From an uncultured virus (IMG/VR IMGVR_UViG_2049941000_000098) (taxonomy: Duplodnaviria > Heunggongvirae > Uroviricota > Caudoviricetes): 64,000 nucleotides of DNA. The translations under genes and the position numbers were made by a program. Within the stretch, counting starts at the first letter, position 1. The number at the start of each line of letters is the position of its first letter. Below, piece by piece: positions 1-11,594 of the stretch. The notes under the pieces were generated by a model, which saw only the letters and a program-made list of their open reading frames with translations, did not search any database and had not been told where the DNA came from. The DNA is taken from the IMG/VR virus record IMGVR_UViG_2049941000_000098; one strand, given 5' to 3'.

Positions 1-404
1 TTTGTTGAATACGTAAATTCCCAATCACCTTCAGGACTAACCGAACAAACAATATTTGTGAAATCTGAATCCACAACCCCGTCTGTTTTGAATTTGACAT
101 TAAACGTGATACTTCCGTTCGGTTTCGGGGGTGTATAATCGACAACCGTGTTGTTTTCTATGTAAAAATATTTTTGTGTATAATCTTGATAGTCATAATA
201 ATAATACACTTTATCGTTAAGTGGCGTGATTTCTGGATCAATATCACCGTTCAAATAATAATTATAATAATTATTATCCATTAACGGAACTTGTTCATAT
301 CCTGCGTAATCGGGTTCAAACTGTGCGTTGTTTATCGCTGTACCCCGTACNNNNNNNNNNTCTTTCTTTTGCGTCAACAGCCAATGCCAATGTCGTATCG
401 CCAT
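1..404 (-). CDS. Partial hypothetical (probably virion) protein running off the window edge
   Basis: Manual translation MAIRHWHWLLTQKKE-gap-VRGTAINNAQFEPDYAGYEQVPLMDNNYY..., open to position 1; lies just downstream of the fibre gene. Confidence 0.5.
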   Translation of the reverse strand, partial: MAIRHWHWLLTQKKXXXXVRGTAINNAQFEPDYAGYEQVPLMDNNYYNYYLNGDIDPEITPLNDKVYYYYDYQDYTQKYFYIENNTVVDYTPPKPNGSITFNVKFKTDGVVDSDFTNIVCSVSPEGDWEFTYST

Positions 405-423
405 AATATCGTCATGTTTGTTG

Positions 424-2315
424 TTATACTACTGTCATTTCACCGAATATCGCCGTACCCTTGTAGAATGAAACCAAATAAACGTTTCCCGACACATATT
501 CAGGTTCTTCACCAATCAACATAAATCCTGATGGTAACGTTACTGTCATTCCCGACGCATTATCACCCGCCTTAAAGAACACGTTTGCCTCAAAGTCCGT
601 ACTGTCGTTCACCCCGTTGCCATCTGTGATTGTAAGGGTTGTTACCGCCGAACCCGCATTCACGCTTGGTGCGGAATACGCCGATGCGCCCACGAAATAG
701 TTGTTACCGTATTTGAACGTGATTGACGCGGCGGAGTTGGTGACGGTCGGTTTGTTATCTGTTATTGGAACATCAATTGTAACCGACGCGTAACCCGATT
801 GTGTGTTGTCCGTCGTCAACGTCACGTTACGTCCGCCGATAATATCGAACGCCTTGTTTGAATCCGTCGCCAACAATTGCGTATTGTCAACCTGAATAAC
901 ACGGAATGTGTTTAAATCCGACGGGGTTGCCCATGACAATGTAGTGCCGTTGGTTGAAAGGAATTTGTTGTTATGTCCTGTTTGTGACGGAATGGGGTCA
1001 GTTCCAACAACCGTCAATACTCCGTCTTTTGCACTTACACTTACCAAACCTGTACCTATGATTTGTATTCCGCCCGATTTCGCGTTGTTCTCAACAATAT
1101 TCATGTATGTCGCGTCATTGTTGGTTGCCGCCGTCGCGTTCGCCGTCGCGTTTGTTGCGCCTAATACGGGGGTCGCCGTGTAATGTGTGTTATCCCATGT
1201 GACATTCGTACACAGTTTGCCGTTTGAATCCACACCGACAGCGTATAATTTCGGTGTTGTTCCAATCGTACCCAAACTTGTTTCACTGTTCAATTTTACC
1301 TTGAATGTCCCGTTGTTNNNNNNNNNNAACCGACACCCGCCGTGTATGTTGCCGTAAGGTCATCCTCCCATGACAATGTGCCACTGTTATCAACAACCTT
1401 TAAACATTTTCCCGATTTGTTCGTGCCGTCAGGCAGAACGCTTGGTAATGTCACCGTTTGGGCTGTACCCGTAGATGGTGTAAGGGATAACGTGTTTCCG
1501 TTTAATCCAAGTGAATATTCGGTGTTCGCCCACGGAACATTGACAAATGCCTTATCGTTGTTATCCAAACTAACAGGGTAGTTTCTCGTACCCGTGGTGT
1601 TGTCCGTGTAACCTATTTTGATACCACCTAATGCCGTTGATGTCGCCGCCTGTATTGCTGACGATATGTTCATGGCAAGCATGTCAAATTTATACACGGG
1701 GTTTTCANNNNNNNNNNNNNNNNNNNNNNNNNNNNNNNNNNNNNNNNNNNNNNNNNNNNNNNNNNNNNNNNNNNNNNNNNNNNNNNNNNNNNNNNNNNNN
1801 NNNNNNNNNNNNNNNNNNNNNNNNNNNNNNNNNNNNNNNNNNNNNNNNNNNNNNNNNNNNNNNNNNNNNNCCGTGTTCACAACAACGATGTTTGTACCTG
1901 CGGAAATCGGAGTGGCAACACCTTCGTATTCAATAAAGTCATTTGTCAATACGGTATCGTCCGAAAGATTGTAAACATCACCCGTCTTTGTGTCTGAATC
2001 CAACAATGTGGAATGAATGTCCGTACTTGCCAAACTGCCATGTACATGATATATTCCTGACAACAAAATGTCAATTTCATCTTTCGTGTAAGCGTCGGTG
2101 ATGTTGTAATCCGCAAGTGACTCGCCCGCATCGGCTTTTGTGTTCTCTAATTTTGCAAGCGCGGTGTTAAGATTGTCGATTTGTGTTATCGAACCCGTTT
2201 CACCGTTATTCACGTAATCCGTCATTTCAACACACTCACCCGTGTTGATTGGAATCCACAATTCGCTTGTGTCGTCCTTTTTATGTAATTGTACGATTCT
2301 TCTATTTTCAGCCAT
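424..2315 (-). CDS. Tail fibre-like protein (ORFs 1296..2315 and 424..1293 joined across a 10-N gap)
   Basis: Reading frame continues NNGTFKVKLNSETSLG after the gap; Thr/Asn/Gly-rich with repeated NYPVSLDNNDKAFVNVPWANTEY / LYAVGVDSNGKLCTNVTWDNTHY and GK.L...GTLSW fibre-type motifs. Confidence 0.7.
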
Positions 2316-2342
2316 CGTGTTACGATTTTAAATTGTTTTCCA

Positions 2343-2385
2343 CAAAAATAAAAAAATCCGTACAATTATAAAAATTATACGGATT
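2343..2385 (-). promoter_or_regulatory. Terminator-like hairpin followed by a Bacteroidota -7 promoter element (TATTTTTG)
   Basis: aatccgta...tacggatt inverted repeat then T-run on the minus strand; TAnnTTTG at 2343-2350 upstream of the fibre gene. Confidence 0.5.
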
Positions 2386-2395
2386 NNNNNNNNNN

Positions 2396-2719
2396 TTTCC
2401 ATGATTCTTCGCCTTTGACATAAATCATAGAATAAAAATCAAACGAATCGCATATGTCACAACCAACCGAAATAAATATGTTGTGTTTTTCCCGCAACCA
2501 CCTGAACACCTGTTGGTATGTCGGCGCGGACACCGCCCAACGCGTGAACGGTTCGTTTCCTTTTTTCAACCCGATGTTACAAACCTTATTATCGGTTTCA
2601 ACGAATGATTCCGACCCGACCTGTTTCGGGTTGTAAAACCACGCGGCGTGACACCATTCGTCAAACGACTTGTCGTTTGACAAATCGGCTACTTCAAACG
2701 ATAAACAATCATCCTTCAT
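2396..2719 (-). CDS. Hypothetical phage protein, 3' end in gap
   Basis: ORF with APTYQQVFRWLREKHNIFI, a motif style typical of Bacteroidota phage accessory genes. Confidence 0.6.
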
Positions 2720-2724
2720 AAGTT

Positions 2725-2850
2725 CTATTCTCCTTTCTGTGCCTTAAGTCCAAGTTCAAAGAAATGATTTGCTACACGTCTTAAACTTAATTTGTGACCT
2801 ATTGTTGCTTTTTCAAAATTAGTGTCTATAAACTGAGATATTTCCTTGTT
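2725..2850 (-). CDS. C-terminal fragment of a hypothetical phage protein
   Basis: Ends ANHFFELGLKAQKGE-stop; 5' part lost in the gap. Confidence 0.45.
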   Translation of the reverse strand, partial: NKEISQFIDTNFEKATIGHKLSLRRVANHFFELGLKAQKGE

Positions 2851-2860
2851 NNNNNNNNNN

Positions 2861-3514
2861 TCGTAATTGATACCGTGCAATTCGATTTGGTCTTTATCGA
2901 ACATCGGGTCGTTACCCATGAATATGTAAACCTGTTCGGCGATGTAATCCTTGACGGCGCGGTCGTTCGTTGTATCGATATAACTGTCGAGGTTGTTCAT
3001 CATGTACGTGAACGCGTATTCGTATGTCTGTATCAATTCATTGTTTTTTTCCTGTTCGGACAAATCCGAATAGTTGCGCATTGTCCTCGATTCTTCGTTA
3101 TAGTAAAAATCGTTCACGCGGCGCGAATCAGATATTTTTTTAAACGAATAATTGTTGGTTTTCCAATCGAACGATGCCATAGTGCTTACCTCTTCATAAT
3201 CCGTTTGTGTGTCACCATCTTCATCCTCGTATTCGTATTCCTCCCAATCTTCACCCGCCGCGAAATCCTGTTGCTCAAACCCCTCGCCCAATCCGTCGCT
3301 GTTTTGCCCGCTGACCCAATCGGATATTTTCGCCAATTCGTCATCGGTAAGGTCAATCGCGGTATCAAGATAAATCAAACCGTATTGTTTGTCCTGTAAA
3401 TCCCATTGGAGATTCACGATGTCCGATGGTTGAAGACGTGTCAATTTCAAATAATCGAGGTCATCGATTAAATATTCCGTCATATTATCGGCTTGTAAAT
3501 ATTTACGAGCCGCG
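2861..3514 (-). CDS. Acidic hypothetical protein, both ends in gaps
   Basis: Open frame with WVSGQNSDGLGEGFEQQDF and internal KKISDSRRVND. Confidence 0.6.
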
Positions 3515-4050
3515 NNNNNNNNNNNNNNNNNNNNNNNNNNNNNNNNNNNNNNNNNNNNNNNNNNNNNNNNNNNNNNNNNNNNNNNNNNNNNNNNNNNNNN
3601 NNNNNNNNNNNNNNNNNNNNNNNNNNNNNNNNNNNNNNNNNNNNNNNNNNNNNNNNNNNNNNNNNNNNNNNNNNNNNNNNNNNNNNNNNNNNNNNNNNNN
3701 NNNNNNNNNNNNNNNNNNNNNNNNNNNNNNNNNNNNNNNNNNNNNNNNNNNNNNNNNNNNNNNNNNNNNNNNNNNNNNNNNNNNNNNNNNNNNNNNNNNN
3801 NNNNNNNNNNNNNNNNNNNNNNNNNNNNNNNNNNNNNNNNNNNNNNNNNNNNNNNNNNNNNNNNNNNNNNNNNNNNNNNNNNNNNNNNNNNNNNNNNNNN
3901 NNNNNNNNNNNNNNNNNNNNNNNNNNNNNNNNNNNNNNNNNNNNNNNNNNNNNNNNNNNNNNNNNNNNNNNNNNNNNNNNNNNNNNNNNNNNNNNNNNNN
4001 NNNNNNNNNNNNNNNNNNNNNNNNNNNNNNNNNNNNNNNNNNNNNNNNNN

Positions 4051-6424
4051 TTCGTCATGTATGGTACATGCAAATTTGACGTTCGCCGCCCAATCTGCGT
4101 CGGTGTCAAACAACCGTTTGAATTTACACAAATCGATTCGGATAATATCCGCGCCCGTGTTTTTGTTCACGAACCCCTGATTGTCGTACATCTGCATGTC
4201 GGTTATCTTCGTACACGAACCGACGGGAACTGTTTTTCCTTGTTTCAAACACCAACTGATAGAACGTAACCGAACCCGTTTGTGACGGCGGAACGAAACC
4301 CTGAATTTGTCACGCCGCGCATTATATAGTACGTTGTACCCGAATATCGACGCGACCGAACGTAACGACACCGCCGCGTTGTAATCCGCTGAAAACCAAT
4401 GTCGGGTCAACGCAAGTTTGAACAACGCGCTGTTCAACGTCACGTTGTCGTCCTTTATTTCCGTGTCACGCTTGCACAACATCACGAACAACGACGCGCA
4501 TTCGCCCGACGGACGGAACACGAATCGGTTGAACCGCCNNNNNNNNNNGTTTCTTTCGTAGTTCAGCCAACCAAACGCGTTTTTTTATACCGTTGCGCAA
4601 CGCCGCGACCTTCGGTGCTTTTTTATTACCATACACAAACGAATGGTTTTCGTCGCATATCATCCATTCCCCGCGTCTGAACAAACAGAACAACGGTTCG
4701 GATTCCCCACGGTGTGTCGGTATCAACAAACCGCCGTGAACGTCTTTCAATCTTCGACCGACGACGGATTCCATACGGACAGCCGAATGTTCGGTTTCCA
4801 AATGTCCCGACAACGGGGTGCATCCCTGTATCGGGGAATTGCAAGCACAACGGTCTGCCGCGCGGTAATCACCCCTTTGATACGAATCGAACAACATACG
4901 GGGTCGCCCGAACAACGTCGATACATAACCGTTTTTGCGTGCCTTATCGACCATCCGTTTACGCCACTCGTCCAAACCGCCCAAATGGTTGAAATATTTA
5001 GCCAACATTTCGCGGCATTCATCCACAGTTATTTTCAAACGTTTCGCGATGGAATATTCCGTCGCCCCGTATATCACACTGAAATTCAACTGTTTTATCC
5101 GTGAACGGCTTTCGTCGTCCGTTTGTCCGAACATCGTTTCGGCGATATGTCGGTGAATATCCTTTCCCTCGCGTATTGGTTCGATAAGGTTTTCGTCCTT
5201 ACTGAAACATGCCGCCAACACCATTTCCTCGCCGCTGTAGTCGGCGGACACCCAAACATACCCGTCGGGACATACGAACGCGTCACGCAATCCGCCTTTG
5301 CATTTAACCGTTTTGACCGCGTTGTCGGGGTTGTCGTCAATCGTGAAACCGATTCCGTCATCGGTTCGGTGGACATAACGCACAACGTCTTTTTTCTCAA
5401 CCGCCTGGATGTTGAAATCGTTGAAAAATGTGTTACCCTTCGCGCCGCCTGACGACAAACGACCTGTCGCCGCCGTCACCGTGGAATATCGGACGCGCAT
5501 CGTGTCCCCGTAATCCAACATCTTTTCAAGCGTGGTTCGGTACACGGACAGTTCCCCGTAACGTTTCACCAACATAACAACGGGATGAGCGGAATCCTTC
5601 ACGGCGTAATCCGAAAGGCTTTCCACCGTCCCGATACATTCACGCACCAAATCAAGACGTTTCACGGGGTTGTCGATTTCCGCGTCATACCCCAACAATC
5701 CGCGTAGTTTGTATTTGATTTCGTCGATGTCGGTGTTCACGTTGTTCAATTCCTCCCGCACGCGTTCTTTCGATATTGGTAGTTCGGTGTTCTTACATAT
5801 CCAACGCACCACCTCATTTGATTCGTTATCCAATTGGTATATGTTGTGAATCATGTCATAGGTTTTCCAAACGTACCGTGCCAACATGATTGTCAACACC
5901 GTTTTCTGTGCCGCGAATATGAAAGCCACGTCGGGGTTGTGTTCCGCGAAATTCAATCGTTCGAGGTCGAGTTCGTAAATCGGAACGTCGGGGAAAAACA
6001 GATGCGCGTATTCGTTGCGTGTCGGACACGGTTTGTTGGTACACAGGTACAACATTATCTGTGTGTCGTGCGTGTGGTTCAAACCGCATCGGATTCCCTC
6101 TTTTTCAAGGAATGTGAACACGAAATCACGATTGTAAAAATAAACCCCGTTGTTGTCAATTATTTTCTGAACCAAAGCGAACGTCGGTTCGGTGTCGATG
6201 TTATTACCGACCGTGTGCCGTAACGGAATATAATACGATGTGATTCTGTCCCCGTCCAACACCGCGATTGACACCCCGACAATGGTGTCTTTATTGTAAT
6301 CGTAACCCGTTGTTTCGACATTCAACGCGACGGTATGCCCGTCGGTTTGTATCGACCGTAAATCGTCCGTGGTTTGGACGAGGTACAATGTGTGTTTGGT
6401 GTTGCTGTATTCGGTTTCTAACAT
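4051..6424 (-). CDS. polA: Family A DNA polymerase with degenerate 3'-5' exonuclease domain and an intein; 3' end in gap
   Basis: TGRLSS, motif A SADYSGEE, motif B RSRIKQLNFSVIYG, GYVSTLFGRPR, NSPIQG/TGADII and motif C TIHDE; ORF 4466..6424 and the 5' part of ORF 2725..4521 join across the gap at 4539-4548. Confidence 0.92.
4159..4822 (-). mobile_element. Intein in PolA (about 220 aa plus unknown gap length) with degenerate endonuclease remnant
   Basis: Interrupts conserved NSPIQG|TGADII; begins Cys (CTPLSG), block-B-like ICDENHSF, ends GFVNKN, followed by Thr+1. Confidence 0.85.
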
Positions 6425-6483
6425 ATTTCGTTCGCTTTTAATATCGTGTCTAATATATTGTTGTTATGTCCTGNNNNNNNNNN

Positions 6484-6769
6484 GTTGTTGTAACGTGGAC
6501 TGTTTCAACGGTTCTATCACCATCGAACCCTTTATGTCATCCAATCGTTTCCTGTCGAATGTGTACAACAAATCGTAAACCGTGTAAAAACGGTTACAAC
6601 TGAAACACTTGATTCCGTTGAAATATCTTTTGGCGGCGGGTGTGTTCGTGTTGACGTGGAACGGGCAAAAGAATTTCCCCGACGGGATGTCCCGACCGAA
6701 AATCCTTCTGTATTCCGTATCGATGTTCAACGTGCCGTTGACGTAATCTTTGAACGAGTGTAAATCCAT
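6484..6769 (-). CDS. Stand-alone primase zinc-binding (CHC2-type) protein
   Basis: FFCPFH...TPAAK...IKCFSC motif; immediately upstream of polA; 3' end affected by gap. Confidence 0.75.
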
Positions 6770-6804
6770 TTCGTGTTGTTGTTATCGGGTGCGAATGTAA
6801 TAAA

Positions 6805-7119
6805 TTATTCATTACATAATGTCAGTACGTCCCCAATTTTATATTTGTTCCGTTTGTCATAAAAACAGAACGTTTGGTGTTTGAAACCCTCGCTGTTGTT
6901 TCTACTGAAAAACGTGTTTTCTATCGTGTATTTCGCGATAAGTATTTCACTTGGGTCGTTTGAATAACATTGTTCTATCTTTACAACCACAAATTTGACA
7001 TCTTTGATTTTGTTGGTGTTCGCATTGAAATGTATTTTTTCTTTGGTGAATGCGGCTATTAGAATCAATAACAAAAACACCAATATGGTTACCATACAAA
7101 AAATTTCACTTGCATTCAT
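6805..7119 (-). CDS. Hypothetical protein with N-terminal transmembrane helix
   Basis: 104-aa ORF, hydrophobic N-terminus. Confidence 0.6.
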   Translation of the reverse strand: MNASEIFCMVTILVFLLLILIAAFTKEKIHFNANTNKIKDVKFVVVKIEQCYSNDPSEILIAKYTIENTFFSRNNSEGFKHQTFCFYDKRNKYKIGDVLTLCNE

Positions 7120-7146
7120 GATTTTTGTTTTTAATTGTTATACAAA

Positions 7147-7890
7147 TCATTTCACCGTCGCCGTAAATTCCCAATATGCGTGATTGAATCGACACGTAAA
7201 CCGAACCTTGATTCCTTTCGGTAAATTCCATCGGCGAATCATATTCACGATGTTTTTCTTTGTGAGCGCACCGTGGATTTTGTCATTTACATTGCAGGTC
7301 ATCGGCATCAACTCATAATGATTGTACCACATATCGTCATCCTCGTTGTACCACCAACCCCAATCAATAATATCAATCCACCACCAACATTTTTTGTTAC
7401 GGGGCAGGTACGAAAACGCGTGTTTGCTGAATTTCACCCGTGCGTTTTTGCCCAACCCGTTACGTTGGTATGTGTCATACACGGATGTTCCGTTCTTGAT
7501 TTGTTCGTATTCTTCTTCACCGTATTGTTCTTTAAGACGTTCGTGTATGAAATCGAACGGACAGTTGCGAATCAGAAACACGTCGGCGTATGTCGGTGTG
7601 TTCCACAACACAACATCGAAATAGTTTTCCGCGTTGAACGTCCAATCGTCACCCTCCCATTTCCGCATTTCGGCGATGTGTTCGGGGGTGTTGTAATGTT
7701 CGTTCGCGTATTTAATACGTTCGTCGTGCATTTCATCCCATTCCTGTTTCGTCAGGTCGGGATAATACATAAAATCGGACATACACACAGTCTTTCCGTT
7801 TTTCAACGGAATACGCGTTTCTTTCGCCCAATTGCGAGCCGCGTCGAATTGTTCCCAATTTTTCAAATATGTTTTGTCAATTCCTGCCAT
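7147..7890 (-). CDS. Hypothetical phage protein
   Basis: Long ORF; ATG (MAGIDK) after an AT-rich leader preferred over the TTG at 7929. Confidence 0.65.
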   Translation of the reverse strand: MAGIDKTYLKNWEQFDAARNWAKETRIPLKNGKTVCMSDFMYYPDLTKQEWDEMHDERIKYANEHYNTPEHIAEMRKWEGDDWTFNAENYFDVVLWNTPTYADVFLIRNCPFDFIHERLKEQYGEEEYEQIKNGTSVYDTYQRNGLGKNARVKFSKHAFSYLPRNKKCWWWIDIIDWGWWYNEDDDMWYNHYELMPMTCNVNDKIHGALTKKNIVNMIRRWNLPKGIKVRFTCRFNHAYWEFTATVK

Positions 7891-8832
7891 AATTTCAACT
7901 ATTAATGATTCAATATTTTGATTACACAATCAATACGGTTAAACAATATTTAATCGATTTTTCCGCCGCCCGTTCAAAAGATTCACTACCTTCATCTNNN
8001 NNNNNNNNNNNNNNNNNNNNNNNNNNNNNNNNNNNNNNNNNNNNNNNNNNNNNNNNNNNNNNNNNNNNNNNNNNNNNNNNNNNNNNNNNNNNNNNNNNNN
8101 NNNNNNNNNNNNNNNNNNNNNNNNNNNNNNNNNNNNNNNNNNNNNNNNNNNNNNNNNNNNNNNNNNNNNNNNNNNNNNNNNNNNNNNNNNNNNNNNNNNN
8201 NNNNNNNNNNNNNNNNNNNNNNNNNNNNNNNNNNNNNNNNNNNNNNNNNNNNNNNNNNNNNNNNNNNNNNNNNNNNNNNNNNNNNNNNNNNNNNNNNNNN
8301 NNNNNNNNNNNNNNNNNNNNNNNNNNNNNNNNNNNNNNNNNNNNNNNNNNNNNNNNNNNNNNNNNNNNNNNNNNNNNNNNNNNNNNNNNNNNNNNNNNNN
8401 NNNNNNNNNNNNNNNNNNNNNNNNNNNNNNNNNNNNNNNNNNNNNNNNNNNNNNNNNNNNNNNNNNNNNNNNNNNNNNNNNNNNNNNNNNNNNNNNNNNN
8501 NNNNNNNNNNNNNNNNNNNNNNNNNNNNNNNNNNNNNNNNNNNNNNNNNNNNNNNNNNNNNNNNNNNNNNNNNNNNNNNNNNNNNNNNNNNNNNNNNNNN
8601 NNNNNNNNNNNNNNNNNNNNNNNNNNNNNNNNNNNNNNNNNNNNNNNNNNNNNNNNNNNNNNNNNNNNNNNNNNNNNNNNNNNNNNNNNNNNNNNNNNNN
8701 NNNNNNNNNNNNNNNNNNNNNNNNNNNNNNNNNNNNNNNNNNNNNNNNNNNNNNNNNNNNNNNNNNNNNNNNNNNNNNNNNNNNNNNNNNNNNNNNNNNN
8801 NNNNNNNNNNNNNNNNNNNNNNNNNNNNNNNN

Positions 8833-9136
8833 GGTTATCATGCCAACAAGAATCATGTCTGCAATTATCTGGATATACACTTGCCATCCATCTTACCTTA
8901 CCACCACCAAGTTTATCTTTGGATAACTGCGGGAAAGGAAGAATATCAAGCAACGCTGACAAACTCCAAGCAGGAATATCGTTTTCTTCTGGTTTAAGTT
9001 GCGTTGAAATTACATTAAGTCCGTTAATACGACCTATTGTAAAATCGTAAGTCCACATCATATCCGCAGTATTCACATCAATACCTAACTCAATGAGTTT
9101 CTTGCTCTGTTCTACTGTTGTTGCTATTTGTGTCAT
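8833..9136 (-). CDS. Hypothetical phage protein, 3' end in gap
   Basis: MTQIATTVEQSKKLIELGIDVNTADM...PAWSLSALL, Bacteroidota phage-type family. Confidence 0.65.
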
Positions 9137-9148
9137 AGTTTTGATTAT

Positions 9149-9409
9149 TTAAAAGTTATACATTCCGTCAGGTGCAGGCAAGGCTAACCCCATAGGGATT
9201 AGGTTGCGAAAATCAAAGTGATTTTTTAAAAGAAAATCAAAGCACTCAACAGGAAGATGAATATCTTCATACAACAATTTCATTACAGGTATCAATTCAT
9301 CATCAATAATGATTTCAAAACATTCTTGTGTTACATTGACTTTCAAAAAATCCTCTACACCATACAAACTGACAAACTCTATTGCTTCTTCCTCCGTCAT
9401 ACTTGACAT
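9149..9409 (-). CDS. Hypothetical protein C-terminal part, paralog of 9774..10163
   Basis: Ends HFDFRNLIPMGLALPAPDGMYNF. Confidence 0.6.
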   Translation of the reverse strand: MSSMTEEEAIEFVSLYGVEDFLKVNVTQECFEIIIDDELIPVMKLLYEDIHLPVECFDFLLKNHFDFRNLIPMGLALPAPDGMYNF

Positions 9410-9773
9410 NNNNNNNNNNNNNNNNNNNNNNNNNNNNNNNNNNNNNNNNNNNNNNNNNNNNNNNNNNNNNNNNNNNNNNNNNNNNNNNNNNNNNNNNNNN
9501 NNNNNNNNNNNNNNNNNNNNNNNNNNNNNNNNNNNNNNNNNNNNNNNNNNNNNNNNNNNNNNNNNNNNNNNNNNNNNNNNNNNNNNNNNNNNNNNNNNNN
9601 NNNNNNNNNNNNNNNNNNNNNNNNNNNNNNNNNNNNNNNNNNNNNNNNNNNNNNNNNNNNNNNNNNNNNNNNNNNNNNNNNNNNNNNNNNNNNNNNNNNN
9701 NNNNNNNNNNNNNNNNNNNNNNNNNNNNNNNNNNNNNNNNNNNNNNNNNNNNNNNNNNNNNGGTTTTAATTAT

Positions 9774-10163
9774 TTAATCGTTATACATTTCATCGGGTGC
9801 GGGTAACGCAAAACCTTTCTCAATCCAACCGTTATAGTCACAATGTGTTTCATTCAAAAGATTAACCGCCTGAACCCAATTGTCAAGGGTGTTTCCAAAA
9901 CGGGCGAAATCCGAACAAACCTCTTCTTTTTCCTCGTTGGATATGGGGCGAAGAAACGGTTTGATTTGTAATTCGTTTGTTTTCCGATTTATCATTTCAA
10001 CCCCAAAATTATATCCGTACAGATACACTCGGTTGTAGTAATCAATATATTTCAGGCGTGCCTCAACCGTTTCGGAAAACACCCCACTGACCTGAACCTG
10101 CAATCCGTATGGCACGCGTGCCGAAAGGTCATTCACGAATCGTTGTTGTTCTTCCTGTGTCAT
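9774..10163 (-). CDS. Hypothetical phage protein
   Basis: MTQEE...DLSARVPYG...IKPFLRP...HCDYNGWIEKGFALPAPDEMYND. Confidence 0.7.
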   Translation of the reverse strand: MTQEEQQRFVNDLSARVPYGLQVQVSGVFSETVEARLKYIDYYNRVYLYGYNFGVEMINRKTNELQIKPFLRPISNEEKEEVCSDFARFGNTLDNWVQAVNLLNETHCDYNGWIEKGFALPAPDEMYND

Positions 10164-10564
10164 AGTTTTAATCCGTTGTAATATTGTTGCACTTGTTTTT
10201 TCAATTCGTACGCGAACTGTCTGTACCCCAAACGAACATCGTCCCGAACCCCGTCACAATCCATGTAACGCAACATGTTGTCAATTATTCCGACAAACGT
10301 TTCAGTGTTTTTCTTCGTGATTTCGGTTATCACTCGTAAGACATGTTCGTCCCACATTTTCTTATAATCCGACAAACCGAAATCATGTTCAAGCGCGGGT
10401 AAGTGAAATTTGGGTTGTTCGACTAATTCGTATGACGAATCGGCGTCTTCAACAGGTACGCCGCCGTGACCGACAAACCAATACATCACGTCGGAAACCT
10501 CGCCGATTGTGTATTCCCGACCCGTTATCTTACTCCTAATCGTGTTACCTACTTTGAATTTCAT
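10160..10564 (-). CDS. Hypothetical protein
   Basis: 134-aa ORF, ATGA-coupled to neighbours, starts MKFKVG. Confidence 0.65.
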   Translation of the reverse strand: MKFKVGNTIRSKITGREYTIGEVSDVMYWFVGHGGVPVEDADSSYELVEQPKFHLPALEHDFGLSDYKKMWDEHVLRVITEITKKNTETFVGIIDNMLRYMDCDGVRDDVRLGYRQFAYELKKQVQQYYNGLKL

Positions 10565-10779
10565 TTCTGTATTTTCTTTAATAGTTTGTATTTTATCTTA
10601 TCCGCCTGTTTAAGACATTTGTCACATATCTCGTCCAATGCCGCAATAACCTTGTCTTGGTCTTCGTAAGACATTCTGCTACCATCGTCATAACTTAAAT
10701 ACTCATACTCTGCTATTATAATTTCAGCATTGTTGCCAATCATTTCAAGCGCGTATCGTTTTGCTTCTGTCTTTGTCAT
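10561..10779 (-). CDS. Hypothetical protein
   Basis: 72-aa ORF in a coupled gene run. Confidence 0.6.
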   Translation of the reverse strand: MTKTEAKRYALEMIGNNAEIIIAEYEYLSYDDGSRMSYEDQDKVIAALDEICDKCLKQADKIKYKLLKKIQK

Positions 10780-10804
10780 AGTAGTAATTGTTTAAATGTT
10801 TTTG

Positions 10805-11054
10805 TTATTCACCGAAAACGGCTTTTCTCAATTCTTCTTTTGTGGCAAAAACTTCGCTCTCGCATAGTTCTTTTAAATATGGCGAATCACAATCCCAAAA
10901 GTCATAATGAATTGTTGGCTTTGCCCACTCCAATACTGATTCGTTTCNNNNNNNNNNNNNNNNNNNNNNTGTCAATTTTGCAAACTTGCATACACGTTGG
11001 TCTGTTGTTGCTCATAAACCAAACCTCTTGTCCGATTGAAAATTTTGTTTCCAT
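10805..11054 (-). CDS. Hypothetical protein spanning a gap (not in ORF track)
   Basis: Manual translation METKFSIGQEVWFM...-gap-...EVFATKEELRKAVFGE-stop. Confidence 0.6.
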
Positions 11055-11429
11055 ATTACCATTTTTTAAAATCNNNNNNNNNNNNNNNNNNNNNNNNNNN
11101 NNNNNNNNNNNNNNNNNNNNNNNNNNNNNNNNNNNNNNNNNNNNNNNNNNNNNNNNNNNNNNNNNNNNNNNNNNNNNNNNNNNNNNNNNNNNNNNNNNNN
11201 NNNNNNNNNNNNNNNNNNNNNNNNNNNNNNNNNNNNNNNNNNNNNNNNNNNNNNNNNNNNNNNNNNNNNNNNNNNNNNNNNNNNNNNNNNNNNNNNNNNN
11301 NNNNNNNNNNNNNNNNNNNNNNNNNNNNNNNNNNNNNNNNNNNNNNNNNNNNNNNNNNNNNNNNNNNNNNNNNNNNNNNNNNNNNNNNNNNNNNNNNNNN
11401 NNNNNNNNNNNNNNNNNNNNNNNNNNNNN

Positions 11430-11583
11430 TGTAAAAATCGTCGTCGGTCGCGAAAATTATATGTTTCGACAATATGCTACCGTCAACGTCACGTTGGAAC
11501 AAAATCAAACACGATTTAAACTCCGCCGTCGGATAATGGCGTTTGAACCGCGCCAANNNNNNNNNNCGTTTTGTTGTTGTCAT
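11430..11583 (-). CDS. Hypothetical protein, partial
   Basis: MTTTK...LARFKRHYPTAEF..., runs into a gap. Confidence 0.4.
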
Positions 11584-11594
11584 AATTGTATGTT

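Noticed and set aside
2725..4521. Single 598-aa protein, and likewise the 656-aa ORF 48541..50511
   Set aside because: Artefactual fusions through N-gaps of unrelated genes (PolA C-terminus plus two hypotheticals; structural protein plus GT2)
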